Shown one piece after another: positions 1 through 11,560 of a DNA stretch of 64,000 bases. The stretch is taken from NCBI GenBank assembly GCA_030704615.1, contig CM060733.1, positions 52,948,001 through 53,012,000 on the forward strand. The letters run 5' to 3'. Both the position numbers and the translations under genes were made by a program. The DNA comes from Takakia lepidozioides. Its lineage: Eukaryota; Plantae; Bryophyta. How positions within the stretch are numbered: position 1 is the stretch's first letter; every line of letters starts with the position of its first letter. The notes beneath the pieces are model-generated. The model was given only the letters and a program-made list of their open reading frames with translations, was not told the origin of the DNA and did not search any database.

Positions 1-89
1 GATTGAGATTGGACGAGCAAGGCCTGTCAATTTGTCTGTGTGAAGGTTGCAATTTGCAGGCTGCACACCTGAGAAGCTGGAGAACAAAC

Positions 90-3000
90 ATGCCAATAAC
101 ACCCACCTACCAGTGGCAAGAAAGTGAGGGCTGGGTTAGAATTGATGTGACGCTTCGCAACGTCACCCCTTCTTTGGTCGATGTTACATGTACATTGTAC
201 ATCCCTTTGCCTATCTTGTCTTTTGGCTGATTCCTTCTCATCAATATATCCCTACTTGTGAGGGATATATTACTTCGCAGACCAAACTGAGATGTGCATA
301 GTGCATGTAGTCAACTCTGGTGTTGAAAATAATGCCGGAACTGTGATGATCTGCTGCAGCAACAGAGTGCTATGTCAAGGTTAACTGTTATCCGTTCTTG
401 TTTCAAGTTGACCTGTTTGGAGATGTAGACAGTGACAAAAGCTCAGCTGTGGTCGGTAAAGATGGTGTGAACTTCTTCCTTGTCAAGGTGCGGTTTTCAT
501 CATCATACGTTCCTTTTTTCGTACAACAGTAGGAAATTGGCATGTCTTGACAGTTGTGAGAGTGTTTAATGCCAGCTCCTTCTCTTTCTCGATTGGGCGA
601 GATAAGATAGAATTAAACTTCAGGAGAGGAAAGAGATCATGAGTGGCACAGAAAATTCATGAACATAGACGGTCCATTGCATGGGGCCTATTAGTTGGCT
701 GCAAGGGAATGTACATCTGACTTGCTCCGGACCTTTTTGGTAGAGAGAAGAGGGATTCTGGGGGAGACTCGCAGCCGTGGGAGAGAAAAAGAGCATCGTT
801 GCCCGGCGCGAGCAATCGCTTGATGCTGTAGCACGACTTGCCCAGAAGGTAGGCCATCTGAATTGAAGTTTCTGGGAGGGATGAGGAGATGGAAGTATTG
901 TCTTGCAAGTGGGTTACTATTCATGAGGCACTACACGCAAGTAGAGAGGATTTCCTTTGGTTCTCATTGCAGTTCCTGCAGAAATGCTTATATACATTGG
1001 AGTTGTAAAGTTCCCAGTTTCCAATTCTCACGTTCAGTTGTTTCCACAAGCAGACAAAGAAAGATGCTCCTGCAGAGGCCTCCCGGATTGGCCGGCTTGC
1101 TGTGGAGAAGCAGATGAATTTGGAGGAGGTCGGTCACCCTACATCGAACCTGGCATGTCTTTAGGTGCTTTTAACTCAAAGCTGCCAAACTAAGAATACA
1201 TGCTTATTCTGTGATCTTCTGTTGAAGCATAGGGTACAGAGAGAATTTTCCCTCGCTCTTCAAGTGGGTTTCTTGTTCTTCTACTTTGTTCCATGGCTCC
1301 TGAGGCTGGCCTGTGGATGCTATGGAGTTTCTTTCTTTCTTTCTTTCTCCATGGACGAATGTAATAAATTCATTTCTTCTTCTCTTCTGTCTCTACCATA
1401 ATTGGCTCTCCAAGCATCTCAGTGGATGTTAGGAAATTTCTTTCCTCTTTTGTCTCTCTCTCCACAAGTGCAGACAAATTACACAGTTCCTTTGTTTCTT
1501 CCTTCTTTCTCCATTCTACTCCAACGTCCACTGGGTGAATTAAAAAACATCTGGATTTGGAGGCCTTCATTTTGCTGATGCTAAATCAAAAGCGTTCTTT
1601 GAGCTATCCAGCAATGTCCCTGGATAGAGGTCTAAACTGCAGGCACTGTGTGTATTGGCCTTTGTGTGTCAAAGGGGAAGCGCAGGACTATCGAGACAAG
1701 GAAAAAGGCTGAACTGAACTTTGAGCAAGTAAGTTTTGATTGCCCTAAGACTGAAAACGCCACCAAAGGAGTGCGCAGTGTTATTGTAGGAGCATGGATA
1801 GAGCTATTTCAAGCTCCATGTTCAAAGATATTTTCTTTCTTGAAAGTCCTGAGGGGAGAAAGATGCTCACCTGGCATTTAAAGTGACCATCCTCCAGTAG
1901 ACTGATGTCTATTATTGTTTTGGATGTTTTGAATAGTCCGAAATCAAGCAATGGCAAGAATGTCTTATAAAGTCAGAAGCAAGAGCTTTAGCACTGGAGG
2001 ATGCACAACATTGCCATGAAAAAGTCGAGAAGAGCATTGCATGGGAGCTCAGTGCCCAAACCACCTGTGCGTCCAACAAAATTTGCAATAACCGAACACC
2101 GGAGACCTCTAATGCAGGAGGGATCTGTGGCAATAAGAGCCTCCAGGAAGAAAGAGTGCTGGACAATGACAATCCTACACGCAGAAGTTGCAGGGCTAGG
2201 ACCCTGGAGGACAAGATGGGAGGTATTAACACAGATACAGCTACCTTGGGAAGAGAATTTGGCACTGTTACAGAAACCCAGGATGCTTCCAAGGAATTCT
2301 CCAGCCCAGATCCATCACGTATCTCTAGATCACACAGCCAAGCTTCAACAAAATTACAGAATGTTGGACTTTTTGAGAAGAGGCTACCTGCACCACGCAA
2401 AAACACCTGTGTGTCAGTGACATTCAGCCCGAAACCCACACTCCCTGATCATTTACCAGCTCGTGAAAGCAGAGGTAACTACGCTTATTTCACATCAATT
2501 TTTGTAGAATCTCTTGCAGATGGACTATTGTCCTTGTTGTCTGTATTGACTTCAAGTTCATGTCTCTATGACAATGCAGAACCAACTGTGGAGCTAAAGG
2601 ATCACCATCATGCAGTCTCTGATACAACTGATGTGTCCCAGAGGTTTACTACTTACTACTACTGTTAGCATTTGGTTTGCTGAGAAGTGGAATGAGATTT
2701 AGACTTACTTATGAATGTCAGCAGACAATTAACTGCAGAATGTGGCTTTTATGAATCCTTTCAATGCAATACTTCCAACTTTCTGGACCATACAGAGGAG
2801 AACCTGTTCACTAATTATATGCAATGATTTGTGTCATCAGGGAACCATTATTCCTTCAAGATAGAGGCAACCGGTTCTTTCAGTAATTCTCTCCACCACT
2901 TCTTATTCTTTCCAAGTTCTACCTTTTGAAGCATTTCATAGGTGTGTATTGTTTGAGTTGTGACAAGCCTGTGTCATAGCTAGCAAGTGTCGCTGCAATG

Positions 3001-4233
3001 TGGGTAGGCTACCCTCAGAAACCAAAGGCAAGGGGTGCGTCTGGTTGCAGAGCTGGAGACTACGCGAGTGCAGCAAATGCCTACACGTATGCTATTGCAA
3101 AGGATGGAGGCATGCTCTTGTATCGCATCAATTTAGAATCGCTTTGGCTGTTGTGTTTTTACATATGTGTAAATTTTGGAGGAAGATTTTTTCGAGAAGA
3201 ACTTTTTGTCTGAAGGTGAGTTGTCTGTTATGATGTGCCCTCTTTTAAACATTAACTCCACCCACTTCTCCCTTTGTCTCTCATCCCAAAGCATTCCAGA
3301 TTTCCTTGCCTCCAGACCAAACCCCCACTTTCCCCTCGTCTCTCACTGCCAGACTTTCCTTTTCCCCTAGACCAAATTCCTTGACATTAGATTGGGCATA
3401 GCTGCTATGCGAACCGAGCCGCTTGCAGATTGCAGCTGAAGCAGGCGCAACAATGCATGGATGATTGCACAATTGCTCTTCGCCTCCTCAAGGATGAGAC
3501 CTCACTTGACTGGGCATCTGACATTCCACTAGAGATTGCACCGCAAGGGGTGTCAAAAAGTCAAGATGGAAAACTGGCATATGAGAATGGCGGCACTGAA
3601 GGTCTAGGCCTTCTGATCTGCTTATGTCAGCTCAGTTGTGGTGCGGATGCCAAGAGACGAAAGAACTTTGTCGGGAGTAAAATCTTAATCCGTCGGGGCA
3701 CTGCAAATTGTTTGCAGGGAGACTTACAGAAAGCAACAGAAGATTTTGCAGAGGTATAGTATGAGATAGCTATATACACACATTGATGTATGTAGGATCG
3801 TGGAGGCCAACAAAGCAATAGGTTCAGTTGAAGCAGCTCTAGATGCATGGATATTGGATCTTACGACTCTCAAGAGATAGCACACAGTCGAGAGTCATGT
3901 CATTGCTTTAGACATGGTGGGGAAAACTGCAAGTACACACCTTCCTAGGCTGGACACATGCCCGCCTTCCCAAAGGCAAAGTTTGCAGTGGCTCTGACCC
4001 ACTTTAGTCTCATTTTCAAGTTGCGCTGCACATGAGGAAACTTAATCTCTAAAACAACACGATATCTCAATGCCTTGCACTGAGCGGCACTCTAACAGCC
4101 CAATACCCAAGAGTTTGCAGCCTTACAAACATCGTGCCGTCTAATGCAGGCACTGCAGCTGGATCCAACAAATAGAGCTGTTCAATGCAACTTAGATGAG
4201 ATAAAGGCGAGGCTGATGGCTCCAGAAGGTTAG
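90..4233 (+). CDS. DNAAF4: Dynein axonemal assembly factor 4 (DYX1C1) homolog: CS/p23 domain + coiled coil + C-terminal TPRs; about 11 exons
   Basis: Manually spliced exons with GT-AG boundaries: 90-189, 360-487, 744-848, ~1051-1128, 1675-1728, 1937-2474, 2580-2643, 2841-2882, 3051-3119, 3402-3753, 4150-4233. Product MPITPTYQWQES..YVKVNCYPFLFQVDL..FWGRL..EKQMNLEEGKRRTIE..HLPARESR..REPLFLQDRGNRFFQAGDYASAANAYTYAI..YANRAAC..KILIRRGTA..ALQLDP follows the DYX1C1 motif order. Confidence 0.9.
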
Positions 4234-5164
4234 TTATTTCCAAGCACGGCTCTGGGAATAGACTGCTGCATGGTGGTACAGTGGTTCAAGAAGATCGTAT
4301 TTCGGTAGCAAGTTCTCGGCCATTCATATGATAAGATCTTGAGGAAAACATTGTAAACTTGTGGTCCTGAACATGGACAAGTTATGATCATTCACGCACA
4401 CAAAATTATTCATGACCCCAATTCACCTTATGGTGACGTTACTACGATACCATCCATTTGTGCATTTAGATCATCTCTATGCATCTGAATCATCTAGGCT
4501 TACTTGTTGCTGAGAAATTGTTGTGTCTGCACACAGGTCCTTGGATCACCTTGGATCCTAGACCTCAGTGAATTCGAGAACTGCAATGTTCACTAATAAG
4601 TATGCTATTGCCCTCATAGATCTACGCTACTGTATATGGAATACTTTTCGGCCAGTAATCCTGTCCCTGTTCCGCCCTTTAGCTGTCCTTGTCACAACCC
4701 TATCCTCACCAACTTGATGTTGGTCATGTTGATTTTGTGTCGGGAGTGTTACTGGCCGAAAAGTATTCAGTGCATACCATTCGGCCAGTTCTACACCCCT
4801 AACAACATCAACACGAGCTGGAAAAAGATGCTTCAAATCAAAGCATTTTCCAGAATATGCTTCTCTTTAAAGCATCTGTAAATTAGTGCCAAATGCATCT
4901 CACTCGGGAATTCAGCTGTCACTCTCCCTGTATTTCGCAAACGAAACATTGCCTCTTGGCATAATGAAAGACATCCCCACATCACCGCATTCCACTGGAA
5001 AGGCACTTGTCAGGAAGGTATTCCCTTTTTTTTGCTGTACGACCGTGTCAGCACATTCATGATTTTCCCAATTTACCGAATAGCTCTCTGGCAGAACTTT
5101 ATGAATGCCCAGAGAAAATATTAAGGGATGTCATTTAAAGACCTTTTTGCAAGTGATAATATAC

Positions 5165-6353
5165 CAGTGTTGTGCGGGTCTGGGTTTTGACCACGGGTAC
5201 CCGGCGGGTTAGGATCCGGGTTACCCGGACCTGTGCTATCACCAAAAACCCGGACCCTGACCCGGGTTCATTCTAGAAATGAACCAGGAACCGGACCCGC
5301 CTGCTGGGTCCAGAACCCGTTAAACCCGCTACCCGCAGGGCCAATGTAGCGGGTCAGGGTCCGGGTCTTAATTTTAGATGGGGCATGCAGGGTCCACCTT
5401 AGATTTGGTAGGTTTTGTCATATCTGTGAGGGGACGAGCAGCAACTGTAGCCCAGTGGCCACATACCACCTCAAAAGCGATTGTGGGTTCAATCCACGGA
5501 GTGGTGTCATAAAGTTTTTTCACTTTTCCTAAATCGCAGGCATGGCGACATGTAGATTCTACCCAGTGCGCATATGGCGAGACTAACTAGGTGACCTAGT
5601 TAGAAAGGCGTCATACTTTATTTTACTTTTTTAGAAAAGTGGCTATATTACAGGTGTCTTATTTTAACAGGTCCATGTAGGACAAATCTGGCTCCTGATA
5701 TTTTGACCATTGACGCTTTCTGGCGATTTTTTTAATTTTTACTCTCGTAATTCCTTAGTAAAAGTAGCTGACCCATTTTCCAGGTTGAAATCTGGTGATT
5801 TTTCACCAGATTAAAAAACACTGGCCCTATGGGACCATAATTTACACCTCCCAAAGGAGGCGTCATATATTATTATTAGGCCAGTCCATGCTATAGTGAT
5901 CTATGAGCCTTGAGGCATATTACTATTCTTAACATGTTTTAAAGAATTGATATTGAAGAATGGAAAATGGAACTCAAACTTCTATTTTAATTCTTGTGTC
6001 AAACAAGAAATACATATTCATGGTATATTTTGAAGGAATGTCTCTTAAAATTAAATTCATTATTAAGATTTAAATTTTTCCAGGCAAAAATAATTTTATC
6101 CCTAATTAATTTTATTTTTCTAATTTATTTAATCAATTAATTAGGACCCGGATCCGAACCCGTGAACCCGCTAATATTTTCCAACAACTACCCGGACCCT
6201 AACCCCAGTCTGTGTTGACAAACCCGGACCCGAACCCGGACCCGGATTTTCCAAATTTCAAAAACCCGGATCCGGACCCGGACTTGGCTCCAAAAAAAAA
6301 CCCGAACCCGGACCAGTCGGGTTCCTTAAAAAGGCGGGACCCACACAACACTG
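5165..6353. mobile_element. Non-autonomous hAT-type DNA transposon
   Basis: TIRs CAGTGTTGTGCGGGTC / GACCCACACAACACTG; perfect 8-bp TSD TAATATAC (5157-5164, 6354-6361); many subterminal ACCCG(G/A) repeats at both ends. Confidence 0.9.
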
Positions 6354-7224
6354 TAATATACCCTATACACAAAAAGCAAACGATTGAGGAAGAAAACCTC
6401 CAAAAGCTTTCCGAATGTCGTTAGTAGGCTCGTCGACTGTGAAATGACGACATGCTTTCCTGTGAAAACGAGGACATAACGGACATAAACTTGAAATATA
6501 CGTTTGAGTTATATGTTTCACTAGCGAAATTCATCGGCTTTCTGCTTTCATAGTCAACAGCCCACTCGTTCGGAACAACTAGGTTGTTAACAAAATACTA
6601 GTTCCGAACAACCTACTAGTTCCGAACAACCCACTTGTTCGCAACCCACTTGTTCCCAAGTAGGTGTTCATTTGCAGGAGGCATTCATTATATGGTCATG
6701 CCATACATATCCTATCATATTATCATATCCATGAATTCACATGCCCATGTATATGTCATGCCATCCACACTATGATATCCAATTGCGACTCTGCACCTCA
6801 CAAGAAGTAACTTAGACCCATGTTAAAAATATACTTTAATCCTATAGAATTATTGTCATAGTGTATCGCCCATGGTGCCGCTCAAGCGACCCTGCTAGTG
6901 CCGACCGCTTCAGCCGGTCGCCCAGCCCACTCATTTTAGGTCTGGGCGACTTGTTCAGGCGGTCGCCCAGTGCTGTGTTTAAACGGGCCAATGCAACCGA
7001 CGCCCAGTATTTTTATGCCTAGAGGCGACCGCTCCGGCCGTCACCCAGAATTTTATCTGGACTGAAGACTGCCTTAGTGGTGTAACGGATGGAGCGTAAA
7101 TGGGTGGGGCGTTAGACATTGCGCCCATGTTTGCTGATGGATCACTGTGCTCGTATTGGCTGATTCAAACAAAAACATGAGGAATTATACGGGTGAAAAA
7201 TAAGCTCGAAAAGTGGTTGAAATA

Positions 7225-7908
7225 CTGCACGAACCCATGCAAACGGGATTAAAAACAGTGGATAGCCTGGTTCCTATAGGTCGTGGTCAACGAGAACCAG
7301 GAGACAGACAAACTGGAAAGACTACTATAGCTATTGATACCATATCGAACCAGAAACAAATCAACGCACAGGGCACCTCGGATAGTGAAAAATTGTATTG
7401 TGTGATTGGACAGGAACGTTCAACCGTGGCACAATTAGTTAAGATTCCTTCAGAAACGTGTGCTTTAGAATATCGCATTATTGCAGCAACGACTTCTCCG
7501 GATCCCGCTCCCCGCAATTCCCGGCACCATATTCAGGTCGTGCTATGGGAGGATATTCTCGAGATAATGGAATGCACACATTAATCATTTATGATGACTT
7601 GAGTAAGCAATCAGTGGCCCATCGCCAAATGTCATTATTATTACGTTGACCACCGGGTCGTGAGGCGTTCCCAGGATATGTGTTCCAATTACATGCCCGT
7701 TCATTAGAAAGAGGCGCTAAATGTCAGACCAGACGGTTGCGGGTAGCTTGATTGTATCACCTGTGATCGAAACACAAGTTGGAGACGTGTCTGCTTATAT
7801 TCCTACCAATATTATTCCCATTACAGATGGACAAATCTTTTTGGAAACAAAACTCTTTTATCGTGGAATTCGACCTGCTATTAACGTGGGATTATCTGTA
7901 AGTCATGT
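7225..7908 (+). pseudogene. atp1: NUMT: mitochondrial ATP synthase alpha subunit fragment (frameshifted, small deletions)
   Basis: Three ORF pieces give [30 protein letters not shown] (Walker A), [69 protein letters not shown]. The SDSEKLYCV segment is of mitochondrial type. Confidence 0.92.
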
Positions 7909-8533
7909 GAGCGGGGTGAGATCTACATTGGATCGCTAGAGTTGGAAAGCTCTGCGTAGGATCCCTTAGCGCGTAATCTGCCTTACCCGGCCGGAACTAG
8001 GTCGGAAGCAGGAAAGTCAGAAACTAACTATCGGAAGTTTAGGAGAACGAACCTCGATGATGGTCGCCCTACTCTCAGAGGGGAGACACCCAGGATTCCA
8101 CCTGCGTGAACTCGGGATATGTGACGTCCGCAGCATGAGTACTTCTACTACACGAGGAGGAAAATGGGAACCATGCGTCGGAAAACACACCGACTCCACG
8201 GCGACGAACGGGTCAACCAAGGCCCTACAAATCGTTCAATACCTAGAGGGAACTCCCGATAGGAATCGGGGCCTGTCCATGGGGAGAGGCTGCGATTCGT
8301 ACGGTCCCATTGGAACCACCACAAGAACTTGTGAGGGGAACCTCGTCAGTTCGGCGATGGATAGAACTGATATTCAGGAAAGTCCTGCTTCTCCTGTCCG
8401 AGTTGAGGTTGCGGCCAATCGAATTCGGAAACTGAAACCTAACGTCGACGGAAAATATCGGGAGATCCTCGACATAATAGCTGACCCGCATGCGCTCATA
8501 GCAGCATGCGAACACATCAAGTCGTCCATGTAG
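7909..8533 (+). pseudogene. 5' part of a mitochondrial group II intron with truncated maturase ORF (within the NUMT)
   Basis: atp1 similarity stops right after GLSVS(R)V at a GAGCG start (GUGYG-like). The downstream ORF 8057-8533 ends in GKYREILDIIADPHALIAACEHIKS, resembling the start of the RT0 subdomain of group II maturases. Confidence 0.7.
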
Positions 8534-8799
8534 AGGGTTTCCGCATGCGGCGACCGCCGTTCTCATATCCACAGACCGCCACTATCGCGTTCGCCAATTC
8601 GGGGGCACCATGTCCCTTCTAGACCTGACGGGCAACCGCCACGTCGGTTGCCCATTATCTTGTAAAACTAGCCGATCCATGACCCGGACTGCAGACCGCT
8701 GAAGCGGTCACCCATGGAATTGTGGTGACAGCGGTCCGCTTCGGCAGTCGCCCGTTGTGAGTGTTCCGAGGAATGATTTTTGGTGTCCATCATATCGTG

Positions 8800-9920
8800 T
8801 ATTCTTGTGGAGGTATTCCTGAAAATCTATCAGATCCCTGTTTCATGCACATATTAGAGCCAAAGGAGGTCACTCGCAACGTATAATATCCCTACAGATG
8901 TATCACCTGCAAGTCGCTGCCCTGTTTCATACGTACACTAATAAAGGTATAATATGTCATTCACTGGTTACATCACTGTAGAGGTATCACCCTAAATTCA
9001 TATTGTTGTTTCATGCGCACAGTAGAGGCATTGTCCTCACTCACACCCTACATCCTTGCAGAGGTATCACCTGGAAGGTTATCCCATGTAAATATATAGT
9101 CTTTCGATTTGATTTGATCCCATTGAAGGCAGGGGTTTTGATGGAAGAGAAAGTCAAACATATCCAAATCTTCATCTCTGTCACACCTCCTGCTTAGAAA
9201 GCTCCCCCTTGAGCTTCAGCTCCAATATGAGTGTGCCTGCATGCTGCACAATCTTGAATGCATGCATTTGCCCCTCATGGTGTTGTTGGTTGGAGCTTAA
9301 CATGTTGGGCTTCATAAGCTTCAGCGTCCTAGAGGCTCCCCTCCTCCATCTCTTACCGTTGGTGCAAGCTCTCACCGCTTGTGTTTTGAATGTGGTGAAC
9401 CCTCCACATTTTGAGACTCATCGGCGACTGTTTTGGCGGTCGTCGCTTATTTCTAAAAACGGCGGCAGGCTCGCGGTCTTTCACTCATTATCTTCTTTAC
9501 GCTGGCAACCGCTTATATGGTCCTCCATTGCCATGCATAAAAGGGCGACCTCCAAAGGCTGTCGCCCGTTCTAAAGGTGAAGCGGGAATAGGATATGAGG
9601 ATGAGGTGTAGGTTGTCATTCACTGCGTACTTTGTAGAGGTATCACTTGAAAACAGCATCCTGTTTCATATACTAGTAGAGGTATAGTCTGTAACTCAAA
9701 GCTCACATCGTTATAGATATATATCCCCAAAAATACATGCCATGTTGCATATACCAATAGAGGTATAGTCTGCCAGTCAAAGTCTACATCTGTACAGAGG
9801 TATCACCCCGAAATGTAAACCCTGTTGCATACGCCAGTACAGGTATAACATGTCGCTCACTGGCTTCATCCTTGCAGAGGTATCAGCTGAAAGTTGTGTC
9901 ATGTTTCAAAGTTATAGTTT
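8800..9920. repeat. Degenerate ~75-80 bp tandem repeat (AGAGGTATCACC..CCTGTTTCAT core), interrupted at ~9090-9610
   Basis: Recurring agaggtatcacc / agaggtata / cctgtttcat motifs at a regular period in 8800-9085 and 9610-9920. Confidence 0.6.
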
Positions 9921-10574
9921 GTCATTGTGAGCTTATGTCCTTGTACATGGAAGATGGTCGTCCTAGTGATCCAATGATATTTTTATTTGCATAGCGTTTG
10001 TAAGGTTATAAAGTCCTCCCATTTCAGTATGTTACCAAGGGAATTTTGGGTGGGTTGGGTGTGTGGGGGGGGGGGGGGGGGGGTGGGGGCTTGGGCTGCA
10101 CTTGTGAGGGTGGGAAGGTCATGACATATCAATATGACACAGGGTTGCATTTCATGGGGGTCATCTCCACCCTGTGTTGAAAGGAGTATAATGAATTGGT
10201 GAAACACATGGCCTGCCATATAAGAGCTCGAAAGGAGTTTTGCGAATGCTAGCGTGTACTGCAGTCCCATAAGCAAAGATGAGAGGGGGAAGGAGTACAT
10301 CTCAGTCATGAGTCAAACCTCCACATTTGTCAAGCATGAGGTACATGGTCTGGTTAAATCGCGTTGTCAACCTATTGCATTGCGGAAATGTGCCATTAAA
10401 TGACACCTCAGTCCTCGGTTGTACATGCAGCAAGATAATGGTGGCCTAAAGTCCAGTTTAATTGTCAAACAAAGGATCAATACATGGAATGGAAAGTTCA
10501 AAAATATTGAGCCTCATATGCAATAGCCGCCGATCGTCATATTTTCTTGAAAATTTCAGTTTTATTCGGGGAAA

Positions 10575-10870
10575 GGTAGGACTGAAGCACGAAAGCAAAA
10601 CAATGCAATTGACATTTCTGGGCGAAATGAAGATTTCTCTGCAAAAGCACACAGCAGTTTGAGTGATGATCGGTGCCGATCATCACTTCCTTCCAGCCCT
10701 AAGATCATGTTTTGATGGACAACTAACTTTACAATAGGGTTAGATGCAGGACTCAAACACGAAAGCAAAACAATGTGAACCACATTTTCTGGCCGAAATG
10801 AAAAATACTCTGCAAAATCTTGAAGCACTGTAAGTGATGATCGATGCCGATCATCACTTCTTGCAGGAAT
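10575..10870. repeat. ~170-bp tandem duplication, each copy ending in hairpin GTGATGATCG-N4-CGATCATCAC
   Basis: cacgaaagcaaaacaatg...ctctgcaaaa...gtgatgatcg(g/a)tgccgatcatcacttc occurs twice; a third variant hairpin lies at ~10999-11022. Confidence 0.75.
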
Positions 10871-11023
10871 AAGACTGACTAAAATTAAATTAAATTAAAT
10901 TAAATTTATAAAAAAAATAAAAAAAAATAAAAAAAAACCTTTGTTGACGGGGAAAGGCTCTGTCTGTTGGAAATAGTCACTACAGGCAACAAGAAATTGC
11001 GATGATCGCCAACGATCATCGCA

Positions 11024-11560
11024 ATGAAATTCAAGAATGGGCATATGATAATCCACATGTACACAGATTGCAATGCTGGAGGAGGCCGGCTTCTCCTTTG
11101 CAAAGCAACCCCCTGTGCGTTGTGGCGCTTCCAGTTCCGCGAATTCTCGGGTCCCTCCCGCAAATGCTCATTTGTGGCCAACAAAACGGGATGGAAAGCT
11201 GGTTCGGTGTTTTCCTCCAACTACAGAACACTTCAGCAATGTGGAGTCCGCAAGAATGCTTCAAGCTCGTGTTGCAGGTACACGGAAGTGCCCGATCCGA
11301 GGTATGGTCGGGTGTACACAATGATCACGTCCACATCTGCTCTGCAGGACAGGGCGTACGACATCACTGTTTCCAATTTCCCCAATTGCACCTATCTGGA
11401 TTTTGTTGGTATTCTTTGAACTAGTTTGGGAAAGAGAGGGAAATTCATACCCTACAAACATTTGTATTTCATCTTCTCGAAGTGGATGGTTTGTGATCCC
11501 AAGCGTGACAATTTCATTCATCAAGCCACTATGAGTTTCAACGAGGTCGACACTCTCTTG
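11024..11560 (+). pseudogene. SWIM zinc-finger protein relic (probably transposon derived)
   Basis: YDITVSNFPNCT(Y)LDF then, after a stop, GKFIP(Y)KHLYFIF matches a decayed SWIM CxCx(n)CxH motif with two Cys>Tyr (G>A) changes. Confidence 0.6.

Noticed and set aside
6212-6424. ORF with NPDPD repeats
   Set aside because: It is a translation of the hAT subterminal ACCCGG repeats.
7213-7939. Functional nuclear ATP synthase alpha gene
   Set aside because: Partial, frameshifted, with an in-frame stop and deletions, unedited codons and no targeting peptide.
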